NCBI GenBank assembly: GCA_903913885.1
Contig: CAIWMX010000040.1
Span: forward strand, 2,636-66,635
Length of the DNA stretch: 64,000 nt
Source: an uncultured Bacteroidales bacterium
GTDB lineage: Bacteria > Bacteroidota > Bacteroidia > Bacteroidales > FEN-979
Direction of reading: 5' to 3'
Positions 1-9,838 of this stretch are shown piece after piece; position 1 is the first letter of the stretch, and each line of letters begins with the position of its first letter. The notes beneath the pieces were generated by a model. That model worked only from the letters and a program-made list of their open reading frames with translations, did no database searches and was not told the origin of the DNA. Position numbers and translations under genes: made by a program.

Positions 1-75
1 GCAAAAGGCGTTGAAAATGCATCCGCCTCCGACGGCGACCTGATGAAGGAGCTGATCTTCAAAATCCTCCACTGA
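1..75 (+). CDS. 3' end of an upstream gene cut by the window edge (product unknown)
   Basis: Frame 1 is open from base 1 to TGA at 73-75 (AKGVENASASDGDLMKELIFKILH*). It is too short to assign. Confidence 0.3.
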   Translation, partial: AKGVENASASDGDLMKELIFKILH

Positions 76-78
76 CCC

Positions 79-1875
79 TTATTCGACGCGGTAGTTGTAT
101 TCGGCTGAACGGTAGGTCTCCTCGATGATCCTGCTGTATTTCTCCACGATAAATTTCCGGCGGGGTTTCAGCGTTGGCGATATTTCACCGGTTTCGGTCG
201 ACCATACACTGTCGAGAAGCCTGAATTTCTTGATTTTGCTTGACTGGTCGAGGTCCAGGTTAAAGCGTTCGATCTCCTGCCTGATCCGGCGGATGATGTT
301 GGGGTTCTGCACTGCTTTTTCCCTCGAGCCAAAGGCGATGTGCTTCACCTCGCACCAGCTTTTCAGGTATTCAAAATTCGGCACGATCAGCGCTGCCGGG
401 AATTTCCGGTTCTCTCCCACCACCATGATGTGTTCGATGAAGGGCGACTCGTTGATGCGCTGCTCGATGGGTTGCGGGGCAATGTACTTGCCCCCGGATG
501 TTTTGAAGATCTCCTTTTTCCGGTCGGTGATCTTCAGGAACTTTCCATCCTCGATTACCCCGATATCGCCGGTATGAAACCATCCATCGGCATCGATGAC
601 TTCCGCCGTTTTCTCCGGCCGGTTCAGGTAACCCATCATGATGTTCGGTCCTTTGCAAAGGATCTCGCCGTCGTCGGCAATCTTCATCTGGTTGCCGGCA
701 AGCAGGGGGCCTACCGTCCCGAATTTCATGCCACCGGGTTCAAAACGGAAACAAGTAACGCCGGGCGACGTCTCAGTGAGCCCATAGGCTTCAATGATGG
801 GTATTTTTGCTGCCCAGAATACACGTGCAAGACGCGGGTGGAGGGAGGCACTGCCCGATACGATGAATTTAAGCTCGCCGCCCAAAGCAGCCCGCCATTT
901 GCTGAACACCAGCAGGTTGGCGATGAAGAGTTTTATGTCATAAAAGAAACCACGTTCATGGTTCAGCTCAAACTTGTGCCCCTGCCGCAAAGCCCAGAAG
1001 AACAGTACCTTCATGGGCAGGGGCAGGCTCCTTCCTTTGGATACGATCCGGTTGTAAATTTTTTCGAACACCCGGGGAACTGCGGCAAATCCATGCGGCT
1101 TAACCTCACGCAGGTAATCGGCGAGTTCATCAATGTCCTGTATATAATAAATCGAAACGCCGAATGACTGGTAGGTATACCCGGCGGTGCGTTCGTACAC
1201 ATGGCATAGCGGCAGGAAACTGACCACGCGGTCGTGCATCTTCAGGGGGGGAATTTCGGCCAGCGCCTGGTAATTGGTAACAAAATTGTTGTGCGACGAC
1301 ATCACTCCCTTGGGGCGGCCAGTGGTGCCTGAGGTATAGATCACCGTGGCCATGTCACCCGGCAGAATCGTTCGTTTGATCGCTTCAAGTTCGTAGGGTT
1401 CCGGGTAGTTTCTACCCAGTTCCACGATCTCTTTCCAGTTCCTGATCCCCTCAACAGGCTCGATCGAAAAAACGGCCTTCAACCTCTTAAGTTCAGGAAG
1501 TACATTTTTGATTCGCTGATAAATTTCAGCATCGGAAAAAACCAGGTACTCGATGTCTGCGTCATTAAAAATGTAGCGATAATTTTCTTCGCTGATCGTG
1601 GGATAGATAGGAACCTGTACCGCCCCGACCTGCAGGATCCCCATATCGAAAAAGTTCCATTCCGGGCAATTGACCATCAGGGTGGCGATCCTTGTTCCCC
1701 TGGTGATGCCCAGAGCAAGCAGGCCCAGGCTCACCCATTGACTGTAGTTGACATAATCTTCTGCCGAATAATGCATCCACACCCCCTCCTTTTTCACATT
1801 GAACAGGTCAGGGACGGAGCTGTACTCATCTTTGAACAACTCCAGCAGGTCAAATATCCGGGTAATGGGCTTCAT
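79..1875 (-). CDS. long-chain fatty acid--CoA ligase (AMP-dependent synthetase, FadD/FACL family), paralog 1
   Basis: 598-aa ORF with AMP-binding motifs YTSGTTGRPKGV, EAYGLTETSP, WFHTGDIG and C-terminal TPTLKPRRK. Confidence 0.9.
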   Translation of the reverse strand: MKPITRIFDLLELFKDEYSSVPDLFNVKKEGVWMHYSAEDYVNYSQWVSLGLLALGITRGTRIATLMVNCPEWNFFDMGILQVGAVQVPIYPTISEENYRYIFNDADIEYLVFSDAEIYQRIKNVLPELKRLKAVFSIEPVEGIRNWKEIVELGRNYPEPYELEAIKRTILPGDMATVIYTSGTTGRPKGVMSSHNNFVTNYQALAEIPPLKMHDRVVSFLPLCHVYERTAGYTYQSFGVSIYYIQDIDELADYLREVKPHGFAAVPRVFEKIYNRIVSKGRSLPLPMKVLFFWALRQGHKFELNHERGFFYDIKLFIANLLVFSKWRAALGGELKFIVSGSASLHPRLARVFWAAKIPIIEAYGLTETSPGVTCFRFEPGGMKFGTVGPLLAGNQMKIADDGEILCKGPNIMMGYLNRPEKTAEVIDADGWFHTGDIGVIEDGKFLKITDRKKEIFKTSGGKYIAPQPIEQRINESPFIEHIMVVGENRKFPAALIVPNFEYLKSWCEVKHIAFGSREKAVQNPNIIRRIRQEIERFNLDLDQSSKIKKFRLLDSVWSTETGEISPTLKPRRKFIVEKYSRIIEETYRSAEYNYRVE

Positions 1876-1901
1876 CCGGTTAAAACGAAATTTCGGTTTG
1901 T

Positions 1902-3668
1902 TTATACAAAGAGTTTCGCAATTTTATCCTCATATTTCTGGGCTATGACGTTTCTCTTCAGTTTCATTGTCGGGGTTATCTCCCCGGTGTCGAAGGTCCA
2001 TTCGGTATCCATGAGGTCCCAACTTTTAATTTTTTCAGTATCTCCCAGGCATTTGTTATACTTGTTGACCTCGGTTTGAAAACGCTTCCTGATGCGCGGG
2101 AGGTTGATCATCTCCGCATTGGTGGTGTAAGGAATCTCCTTAACGGTGCAGTAGGACCTGAGAAAAATGAAATCGGGGACAATGAGCGCTCCGGCAAACT
2201 TCTGGTGTTCGCCCACCACCACCATCTGGTCGATGAACAGCGATTCCTTGAAGGTGTCTTCGATGGGTTGCGGGCTGATATACTTTCCAAAAGAGGTTTT
2301 AAAAAGCTCCTTTTTACGGCCGGTGATCTTCAGATGCCCTTCAGGCTCAAACCGCCCCAGGTCGCCGGTGTGAAACCAGCCGTCGGAATCAATGGCACTG
2401 GCAGTCATCTCCGGCTCCTTGTAATAGCCCTTCATCACGTTGGGGCCCTTGCAGAGGATCTCGCCATCCTCCGCGATCTTCACCTCCACACCCTTCAGGA
2501 GCCTCCCGACGGTTGCAAATTTGGTCCCGTTTTCGGTCAGGTCGTTTACGGCAATAACAGGGGATGTTTCGGTAAGACCGTATCCCTCCAGGACATTGAT
2601 TCCTGCACAGGTGAACATCCTGGCCAACCTGGGTTGCAGTGCGGCCCCCCCGGAAACAACCAGGAGGTGTTTACCCCCCAGGGCAGCCCGCCATTTCGAA
2701 TAGACCAGCTTATCGTACAGTTTCCGTTTCAACTCATAAAACCACCCATTGGCGCCGTCGAGTTCATAACGCAGGGCCAGGTGCATGGCCCAGAAAAAGA
2801 ACCAGCGTTTTGCACCTGTCAGTTTATGCCCGGTCGAAAAGAGTTTATCGTAAATCTTCTCGAGCAACCGGGGCACCGTTGAGAGGATATCCGGCTGGAC
2901 CTCTTTCATGTTGTCGGTAATGGTCCCCAGGTTTTCGGCGTAATAAATGGAAAATCCAAGGTAATGATACAGGTAGTTCAGCATCCGTTCATAAACATGG
3001 CACAGGGGAAGGTAACTCACGGCCTTTGCCTCCTCGCCAAATGGCGGGATGTAAGCGCATACTTTGAAATTTGAAATGATGTTGTTGTGCGTCAGCATTA
3101 CGCCCTTTGGATTGCCAGTAGTTCCGGAAGTATAAATGATCGTGGCAACATCTTCAGGCATTACCGAGGCTTTCCGCGCATCGAGCAAGCTGGTGTTGGT
3201 ATTCTGTTTACCAAGCTCGATCAGGTCATTGAGATGTTTATGCTCATCATGGGCCTTGTAGGTAAAAACCCCGTTGATATGTGCAATCTCCGGCAGGATG
3301 TGCTGGATCTTGCGCAACAGCTCCTGCCCTGAAATGAACACATATTTGACCTCCGCGTGGTTGAGGATGTATTTGTAATCCGATTCACTGATGGTGGCGT
3401 ATATGGGAACATGAACCGCCCCCACCTGGAGGATGGCCATGTCGACGAAATTCCATTCGGCCCGGTTCGAACTGATCTGCGCTATCTTATCACCCGGCTG
3501 AACACCCATGGCCAGGAAACCAAAGCTGATGTTATCCACGATTTCACGGTACTGGCGGATGCTGTATTTTACCCACTCTCCGTTTTCCTTGGATGCGACA
3601 ACATCGGGTTTGGGTTTGAAGGCAGCCTCATGATAGGGCAACAGATCGAAAATGCGGGTTACTTCCAT
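1902..3668 (-). CDS. long-chain fatty acid--CoA ligase (AMP-dependent synthetase), paralog 2
   Basis: 588-aa ORF colinear with the neighbour (YTSGTTGNPKGV, EGYGLTETSP, WFHTGDLG, TPTMKLKRN). By eye roughly half of the positions are identical to paralog 1. Confidence 0.9.
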   Translation of the reverse strand: MEVTRIFDLLPYHEAAFKPKPDVVASKENGEWVKYSIRQYREIVDNISFGFLAMGVQPGDKIAQISSNRAEWNFVDMAILQVGAVHVPIYATISESDYKYILNHAEVKYVFISGQELLRKIQHILPEIAHINGVFTYKAHDEHKHLNDLIELGKQNTNTSLLDARKASVMPEDVATIIYTSGTTGNPKGVMLTHNNIISNFKVCAYIPPFGEEAKAVSYLPLCHVYERMLNYLYHYLGFSIYYAENLGTITDNMKEVQPDILSTVPRLLEKIYDKLFSTGHKLTGAKRWFFFWAMHLALRYELDGANGWFYELKRKLYDKLVYSKWRAALGGKHLLVVSGGAALQPRLARMFTCAGINVLEGYGLTETSPVIAVNDLTENGTKFATVGRLLKGVEVKIAEDGEILCKGPNVMKGYYKEPEMTASAIDSDGWFHTGDLGRFEPEGHLKITGRKKELFKTSFGKYISPQPIEDTFKESLFIDQMVVVGEHQKFAGALIVPDFIFLRSYCTVKEIPYTTNAEMINLPRIRKRFQTEVNKYNKCLGDTEKIKSWDLMDTEWTFDTGEITPTMKLKRNVIAQKYEDKIAKLFV

Positions 3669-3789
3669 AACAATCGGGGTTAACTTAATTGAAAATCAGA
3701 AAATGTGTGCAATGATAATGAAAAAAAATTACATGCGGTTTCATGGAACTCCGGGTTGAGAAAATCCCCCGGGGTTCCACGGGATTTGC

Positions 3790-3797
3790 TATTTTTG
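3790..3797 (+). promoter_or_regulatory. Bacteroidetes-type -7 promoter box (TAnnTTTG)
   Basis: tatttttg lies 19 nt upstream of the ATG at 3816. Confidence 0.45.
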
Positions 3798-3815
3798 GTT
3801 GTTTATTGTCAAACC

Positions 3816-4844
3816 ATGCCATACAGCCAATTCTATAAGGATAAAACAATCCTGGTCACCGGAGGTGCAGGTGCCATAGGCCGGAATCTCGTGGAGAAGT
3901 TAGCCCGGTTGCGAGCCGGTAAAATCATCATCCTGGATAACTTATCCTCCTCCTGCATCTGGAATATCCCCGATTATCAGAACGTCCTGTTTTTCAACGG
4001 GGATATCCGGGATGAGAACGATCTGAAACGGGTTTTCCATCATCGTCCGACCGTGGTTTTTCACCTGGCTGCCTTTTTTGCCAACCAGAATTCTGTTGAT
4101 TATCCCCTGGTTAGCGAGGATGTCAACAGCCGGGGTATGCTGAAGTTGCTTGAGTATTGCGTGATTTCCGGAAATATTGAAAGGTTTGTCTATACAAATA
4201 CTGAAGGCGGGGCTTACGGAAGCGATTGCACGATGCCCTATCGCGAGGAAGAGACCTCCCTGAGGCTGGGTTCACCCTACTACGTCTCAAAAATGGCCGG
4301 TGAAGCCTACTGCTGGTTTTATCATAACCACTACAGCCTGCCGGTTAGCGTTGTCAGGCTTTTTAACTCCTATGGCCCCGGCGAGGTGCCCGGGCAGTAC
4401 AGGAATGTTATTCCGAATTTTATATGGTGGGCGATGAAAGGACAACCCCTCCCCCTTACTGGTAACAAAACCATTTCCCGTGATTTCGTTTTTGTGAACG
4501 ATATCGTCGAAGGGATTCTGAGATCCGGATTTTTCCCCGAAGCGACCGGCACGCCCATCAACATTGCGACCGGGCAGGAAACCTTCATTTACGAACTTGC
4601 CGAACTGATCAACCTGAAAACCTCGAACCCGGCCGGCACACGGATCCTGCAGCAACGGAAATGGGACACCCGCGAAAAAATCATCGGGAACAATGAAAAA
4701 TGCCGTCGGATCCTGCAATTCGCCCCGGCAGCCATGCTTGATACCGGGCTTGATCTGACGATCGCATGGTTCCACAAAAACCGGGAAAACATCGACAGAA
4801 ACGCCGCATTCTTCCCCGGCCTGAACCCCGCACTCGATGTTTAA
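3816..4844 (+). CDS. NAD-dependent epimerase/dehydratase (extended SDR, nucleotide-sugar modifying)
   Basis: Rossmann motif VTGGAGAIGRNL and catalytic YxxxK (SPYYVSKMAGE). The internal ATG at 3816 is preferred over the ORF-track start 3705 because the conserved fold starts right after it and a -7 box precedes it. Confidence 0.85.
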   Translation: MPYSQFYKDKTILVTGGAGAIGRNLVEKLARLRAGKIIILDNLSSSCIWNIPDYQNVLFFNGDIRDENDLKRVFHHRPTVVFHLAAFFANQNSVDYPLVSEDVNSRGMLKLLEYCVISGNIERFVYTNTEGGAYGSDCTMPYREEETSLRLGSPYYVSKMAGEAYCWFYHNHYSLPVSVVRLFNSYGPGEVPGQYRNVIPNFIWWAMKGQPLPLTGNKTISRDFVFVNDIVEGILRSGFFPEATGTPINIATGQETFIYELAELINLKTSNPAGTRILQQRKWDTREKIIGNNEKCRRILQFAPAAMLDTGLDLTIAWFHKNRENIDRNAAFFPGLNPALDV

Positions 4845-4862
4845 CAATTTCGGGGCACACTG

Positions 4863-5987
4863 ATGATCATTGCTGTAAATACCCGGCTGCTGCTGAAGAA
4901 CAGGCTGGAAGGGATCGGGCGATTTTCCTTTGAAATCCTCAGGCGCATCACCATGGGCCACCCCGAACACACCTTCATCTTTTTCTTCGACCGGCCCTGG
5001 GACCCTCAGTTCATCTTTTCGGAGAATATCATACCGGTTGTCCTTTTCCCGCAGTCACGTCACCCTTTTTTGTGGTACTGGTATTTTGAATTTTCGGTTA
5101 CGGCGGCACTGAAAAAGTACAAAGCCGACATCTTCATCACCACCGACGGCTGGCTCTCAACCCGCACCCCCGTGAAAACCCTCCAGGTGCTGCACGACCT
5201 GCATTATGAAAATCACCCGGAGTTCCTGCCCTGGCTCGTAAGAAAATACTACCGCTATTTTTTCCCAAAGTTTGTCCGTAAAGCAACCCGGATCGTCACC
5301 GTGTCCGATTTCTGTAAAAATGAGATCGCTTCCCGGTACCGCCTCGACAGAAACCTGATCGATGTGGTGTATAACAGCACACGGGAAGAATATGGCCCGC
5401 TTACGCCCGATGAAATTGACGACACCCGGCAACAATATTCAGGCGGGGTGCCCTATTTCCTCTTTATCGGGCCGGTCCACCCGCGGAAAAACCTGGTGAA
5501 CGCAGTCAGCGCGTTCGTCAAATATAAAAAGGAATCAGGCGACAAAGCAAAACTGTTGGTGACAGGCGCTGCCATGTGGCGGAATTTCGGCGGAATGGTA
5601 ACGGTCAGCGAACCGGGCATCCTGCAGGATATCATGTTCACCGGCTACCTGCAGGATGAGGAGCTCCGGAAAGTCACCGGGGCCGCTCTTTCCCTGCTCT
5701 ATGTGTCATTTTACGAAGGGTTTGGCATACCGGTGCTGGAGGCGATGAGCTGCAACGTGCCCGTCATTGCCTCCAACCGGTCAGCCATCCCCGAAGTGGC
5801 CGGTGATGCCGCCCTGCTGGTTGATCCGGGCTCGGTGGAAGAAATTGCCGATGCCATGGCCGTCATCCGCCGGGATGATGACCTGCGGAGATCCCTGGTT
5901 CTGAAAGGAGCACGGAATCTGAAACGGTTTTCCTGGGATGTGTCGGCAGCTGCTTTCTGGAAAAGCGTCGTCCAAACGCTGGCGTGA
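4863..5987 (+). CDS. glycosyltransferase family 4 (GT-B, GT1/GT4 type)
   Basis: 374-aa ORF with C-terminal EGFGIPVLEAMSCNVPVIAS...EVAGDAALLVDP (E-x7-E type motif). Confidence 0.85.
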   Translation: MIIAVNTRLLLKNRLEGIGRFSFEILRRITMGHPEHTFIFFFDRPWDPQFIFSENIIPVVLFPQSRHPFLWYWYFEFSVTAALKKYKADIFITTDGWLSTRTPVKTLQVLHDLHYENHPEFLPWLVRKYYRYFFPKFVRKATRIVTVSDFCKNEIASRYRLDRNLIDVVYNSTREEYGPLTPDEIDDTRQQYSGGVPYFLFIGPVHPRKNLVNAVSAFVKYKKESGDKAKLLVTGAAMWRNFGGMVTVSEPGILQDIMFTGYLQDEELRKVTGAALSLLYVSFYEGFGIPVLEAMSCNVPVIASNRSAIPEVAGDAALLVDPGSVEEIADAMAVIRRDDDLRRSLVLKGARNLKRFSWDVSAAAFWKSVVQTLA

Positions 5988-7100
5988 TCAGACCAGCCTG
6001 CTCAGGCAATCCACAATTTTCTTTGCTGCATGCGCATCCCCGTATGGGTTGATCATCGTTGTCCGCTCCCTGCCCATGAAATGTCTGAACGCATCCAGGA
6101 TCTTCTCCCTGTTCATCCCGGTGAGGACCGAATAGCCCAGGTCGACCGATTCGCTGCGTTCAGTAACATCGCGGATAACGATCACGGGGATGTTAAATCC
6201 CGGGGCCTCTTCCTGTACCCCTCCCGAATCGGTGATGATCAGCCGGGTGGTTTCATACAACCTGTACATCTCTATCAGCCCCAGGGGCGGAATCACCCTG
6301 ACATTCGGATGATTCCCGAACAACTCACTTTGCAGTTCGTGCTGAATAAACGGGGTTTTATGAGAAATCCATGTAAAGTTCAGCGAGGGATATTCCTCCG
6401 CCAGCGTTTTCACCGTTTCAACAAGGATATGAAAATTGCCGTTCTGGTTTTCCCTGCGGTGGCAGGTGATCATGACGTTTGTGGCCGTAGCAGGGAAACC
6501 GGTGTCCTGCATGGGATCCCGGGGCTGTAAATCCAGAGGTTTCAGGTACTCAATCACATCGGCGATGGTGTTCCCGGTGATAACGATCCGCTCTTCAGTA
6601 ATGCCTTCCCGGAGCAGGTTTTCAGCTGCAACAGCGGTCGGGACGAAGTGCATGGCAGTGGTAAGCGAGATCATCCTGCGGAAATATTCTTCGGGAAAAG
6701 GATTCTCCATGTTGTGGGTCCTCAGCCCGGCTTCGATATGCGCAAAGGGGATTTCATTGAAGAAAGCGCTCATGGCGGCGCATGCACAGCTGGAGGTGTC
6801 GCCCTGCCCGATGATCATTTTGATCGTGTGTGTTTTCCGCAGATCATCGATGGCCTCCTGCAGCCCTGCCAGGATGCCGGCATAGGAGCGGCTAAGGGAA
6901 TTATGGTGGTTTTTTTCCTCCAGGGAGATATCTGGAGAAAAGTTGAACGTTAAAAGCAGGTCCCTGGTCATTTCGTGGTGTTGCCCCGTGAAAACATAGA
7001 CAAACTGCGTTTCCAGATTTTGCTTTTTAATTTCAACCATGACCGGAAGCAATTTGATAAATTCAGGACGGGTCCCGAAAATGACGAGATTTTTATCCAT
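5988..7100 (-). CDS. wecB: UDP-N-acetylglucosamine 2-epimerase (non-hydrolysing)
   Basis: N-terminus IFGTRPEFIKLLPV...TGQHHEM and overall length (370 aa) are typical of the WecB/MnaA family. Confidence 0.88.
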   Translation of the reverse strand: MDKNLVIFGTRPEFIKLLPVMVEIKKQNLETQFVYVFTGQHHEMTRDLLLTFNFSPDISLEEKNHHNSLSRSYAGILAGLQEAIDDLRKTHTIKMIIGQGDTSSCACAAMSAFFNEIPFAHIEAGLRTHNMENPFPEEYFRRMISLTTAMHFVPTAVAAENLLREGITEERIVITGNTIADVIEYLKPLDLQPRDPMQDTGFPATATNVMITCHRRENQNGNFHILVETVKTLAEEYPSLNFTWISHKTPFIQHELQSELFGNHPNVRVIPPLGLIEMYRLYETTRLIITDSGGVQEEAPGFNIPVIVIRDVTERSESVDLGYSVLTGMNREKILDAFRHFMGRERTTMINPYGDAHAAKKIVDCLSRLV

Positions 7101-8310
7101 TGGTTCCTGTTATCTGCTTGTAAAATTCAACCATTTTTTTTGCCGTGATTTCTGAATGATAACATGATTCACTGAGTTTCCTTGCATTGTCGCCGAATTC
7201 CCGGCACAGTTCGGGCGATTGGCAGCACCTGATCAGCTGGCCGGCAAAATCCTCCGGGGTGTCGGCGATCAGGATGTTTTTTCCATGCTCATATTCAATG
7301 CCCTGCGCCCCGATCGAGGTGGAAATGATGGTTTTTCCAAGGGCCAGCCCCTCGATGATCTTCGCCCTGATCCCGCTTCCCGACCACAGCGGCACCATCA
7401 TGATCTGCTTCTCCTCCTGGTATTGAAGCGGTGTATGAATGGCCCCGAGCACTTCAACCTGCTCCGACCTGTATTTATAAACCCACGCTGGCATGTCGTT
7501 GCCGGCGATGGAGAGTTTCATGGGCATCCCCTGCTGCACCAGGATCGGGTAGACAAAGTTAAAAAACCATTCAATGGCCTCGGCATTGGGCAGCCAGTTC
7601 ATCGATCCGAGGTGATAAACCACCGGGGGACCGTGGTATTGCCTTTGAAAATCATAGCCGCGGAGAAGGCAGTAATCGTATCCCATGGGGATGATCCTGA
7701 CGGGTGTTTTCGTGGAGAAAGATGTAAAAAGAGCGGCATCTTCCTTCGTCAGTGCCATGATTCCGTCAAGCCTGCCGGCAATGCCCTGTTCAAACTTTTT
7801 AAGCCGTGACGTGGCAATCCCGAGGAAACACTTTTTGAACGGGTTCCCGACCCCTTCCAGGTATCTCTCCCAGATGACGTATTCAACATTCTGCGGCCGC
7901 AGGATGATCTTCGCCCCGGTTGATTCCCTGATGGTGTCGATATAATTGCAGAGATAGAGATGTTCGAGCTGCACGATGTCATAATGCCCGGAGGAAAGGA
8001 CAGACCTAAGTTTTGCAGAAAAATCCGTGGATATGAACCGGCGCGTAAAATAGGATTCGCTGCCGAAAAGGTTAATCAGGATGGATAAAGGGTTGATCCG
8101 TGTATCGACGGTGACGCATTCAAAACCGGTGAGCCTTTTGTAATCTTCGGGCAGGGTGGCGGCATCGATAAAATTGCGGGTCGGGTTGATCGCCAGGGTT
8201 TTTACTTCGATATGATTTGCCATCAGCCCCAGGGTGGTATAATGCATCACCTGGGCGCCCCCGTCGGCAGGGGGGTACGGCATCTTATGACAAACCTGCA
8301 GAACTTTCAA
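7093..8310 (-). CDS. glycosyltransferase family 4
   Basis: 405-aa ORF starting MKVLQVCHKMPYPPADGGAQV, with a GT-B C-terminal half (SGSGIRAKIIEGLALGKTIIST). It overlaps wecB by 8 nt, which suggests an operon. Confidence 0.8.
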   Translation of the reverse strand: MKVLQVCHKMPYPPADGGAQVMHYTTLGLMANHIEVKTLAINPTRNFIDAATLPEDYKRLTGFECVTVDTRINPLSILINLFGSESYFTRRFISTDFSAKLRSVLSSGHYDIVQLEHLYLCNYIDTIRESTGAKIILRPQNVEYVIWERYLEGVGNPFKKCFLGIATSRLKKFEQGIAGRLDGIMALTKEDAALFTSFSTKTPVRIIPMGYDYCLLRGYDFQRQYHGPPVVYHLGSMNWLPNAEAIEWFFNFVYPILVQQGMPMKLSIAGNDMPAWVYKYRSEQVEVLGAIHTPLQYQEEKQIMMVPLWSGSGIRAKIIEGLALGKTIISTSIGAQGIEYEHGKNILIADTPEDFAGQLIRCCQSPELCREFGDNARKLSESCYHSEITAKKMVEFYKQITGTNG

Positions 8311-8881
8311 CGCCCTTGTCTTTAAGGATCAGCCCGGCCAGCTGGATTGCCGCCGTTTGGCACCCCTTTTCATTCAGGTGAACCCCGTCGAAAAAATCAT
8401 CGTCCTCAAACCCGAATTCAAAGGTTCTCAGGCTATTCGCTGCTGCCAGTTCCTTGATGCATTGGTTGAACTCGCTTACCCGGTCGTTCATGGCGTAGTT
8501 GTAGGGGTAAAACACCTGGCGCGTAAACCGGGGGATCTTCAGCAGGAGGATGTTGTTGCCGACAGAAAGCAGTCTCAGCTTAACGATCAGCTGCCGGTAA
8601 GCAATCATGAAATTCTCTGTGCTGACGCCATTTTTGATATCGTTGGTGCCGATCATCACGGTGATGATGCTCGGGTAGCAGTTTCTGAAATTATCCAGGT
8701 TCGGATCGATCGACCTGACCAGGTCAATGGTGGTGTAGCCGTTAACCGCATGATTGATCACATGCCAGCTTTTTTCCAGTTTTTTTCCGAGGATATCGCC
8801 GCAGAGCTCCGGGTAACCCAGGTAGCTCCTGGCACCAAAAGTAATGCTGTCGCCGAAAGACAGTAATGTTTCCCAGTTCAT
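8285..8881 (-). CDS. SGNH/GDSL hydrolase family protein (possible glycan O-acetyl esterase/transferase accessory)
   Basis: Block I FGDSITFG, block III GTND and block V DGVHLNEKG. It overlaps the downstream GT4 by 26 nt. Confidence 0.8.
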   Translation of the reverse strand: MNWETLLSFGDSITFGARSYLGYPELCGDILGKKLEKSWHVINHAVNGYTTIDLVRSIDPNLDNFRNCYPSIITVMIGTNDIKNGVSTENFMIAYRQLIVKLRLLSVGNNILLLKIPRFTRQVFYPYNYAMNDRVSEFNQCIKELAAANSLRTFEFGFEDDDFFDGVHLNEKGCQTAAIQLAGLILKDKGVESSAGLS

Positions 8882-8941
8882 CGTCAGCTGTGTTTCGACA
8901 AAGTTAACAAATATTGGCAGTTGATGGTTCGTTAAGTACAG

Positions 8942-9559
8942 CTATAGATTTGCAGAAAGTAATCTTGATTTTACCATTTTCCATTTACGCGTTTCGGGGT
9001 TCAGTTTGTATTTAGTTTCAGTCAACTGCCTGGCATTTGCATGGACCAAGGTTGTAAGCGTTCGATTTGCGTTATTGATACGAACAGGGAAATAAATCAT
9101 TTTTTCACTTAGGAATTTATCGAAAATGAATTCGCCATTGGCATCCCGAATATAAAACCGATACTCGGGCCCTCCATTTCCCCCGGAATTATTTTTTATG
9201 GCAAAATCATCTTTCCTGTCGAAATTAAAATCCGCTATAACAATATCTCCATAGTCATTATCCAGTGCAACTGAATCCTGATTAACATGGGTACTAAACG
9301 ACCTGACATTGCCGCAGTCGCTGAACGCATCACCAAAAATATATTCAGAACAGTATTGAATCTCCTGAATTAGCTTTGAAGACGATTTGACAAATATTGC
9401 AACCTTGATCACACACGAATCCATTTGAGGGTTCCTGTTAATTCTTTTGATTTCTATTTTGATATCAGATGTTTTTGAAAGTTCATGATGATTACATAGT
9501 TGTCCGTAAGACATTAAAAAGAAGCATGAGAGAAAATATACACATATGATTCTCACCAT
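8942..9559 (-). CDS. hypothetical secreted protein
   Basis: 205-aa ORF with an N-terminal hydrophobic signal (MVRIICVYFLSCFFLMSYGQ). No motif recognised. The gene is visibly AT-richer than its flanks. Confidence 0.55.
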   Translation of the reverse strand: MVRIICVYFLSCFFLMSYGQLCNHHELSKTSDIKIEIKRINRNPQMDSCVIKVAIFVKSSSKLIQEIQYCSEYIFGDAFSDCGNVRSFSTHVNQDSVALDNDYGDIVIADFNFDRKDDFAIKNNSGGNGGPEYRFYIRDANGEFIFDKFLSEKMIYFPVRINNANRTLTTLVHANARQLTETKYKLNPETRKWKMVKSRLLSANL

Positions 9560-9603
9560 TAGAGGCTGTTTAATTTTCGTTTTAAAATCCCGTCAGGGAT
9601 TTA

Positions 9604-9707
9604 ATATGGGTAGAAAAAAGGTTGAACTGCAAGGTATCGTCCCGTACGGGACGAAATTCCGTACAAAATGCTCTTCTTTTCTACCCATATTTTGTTCCTA
9701 CGGAACA
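9604..9707. repeat. hairpin/MITE-like intergenic element, copy 1 (core tcgtcccgtacgggacgaaat)
   Basis: Outer inverted repeat atatgggtagaaaa (9604-9617) / ttttctacccatat (9677-9690). Palindromic core at 9637-9657. Second small hairpin tgttcc-ta-cggaaca at 9693-9707. Confidence 0.7.
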
Positions 9708-9838
9708 AGTTTAGAAAAACCTATGAGGACCTATATTGCTCCAAAAAACAAGGTTCCAAAAATCCCTGAACCAATTTTCTTAATAACTGGTTTAGCATCT
9801 GGAACATCTAGTTCTTCTTTGCCGTTCTTCGTGTTGCA

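Noticed and set aside
340-1167. Long antisense ORFs inside conserved genes (for example 340-1167, 2076-2882, 4287-4970, 12951-13706, 13102-13677, 23673-24377, 24946-25518, 35610-36047, 43958-44512)
   Set aside because: Each lies entirely within, and opposite or out of frame to, a gene with strong family motifs. Their translations are Arg/Gly/Pro/His-rich low-complexity strings, typical of open antisense frames in GC-rich coding DNA.
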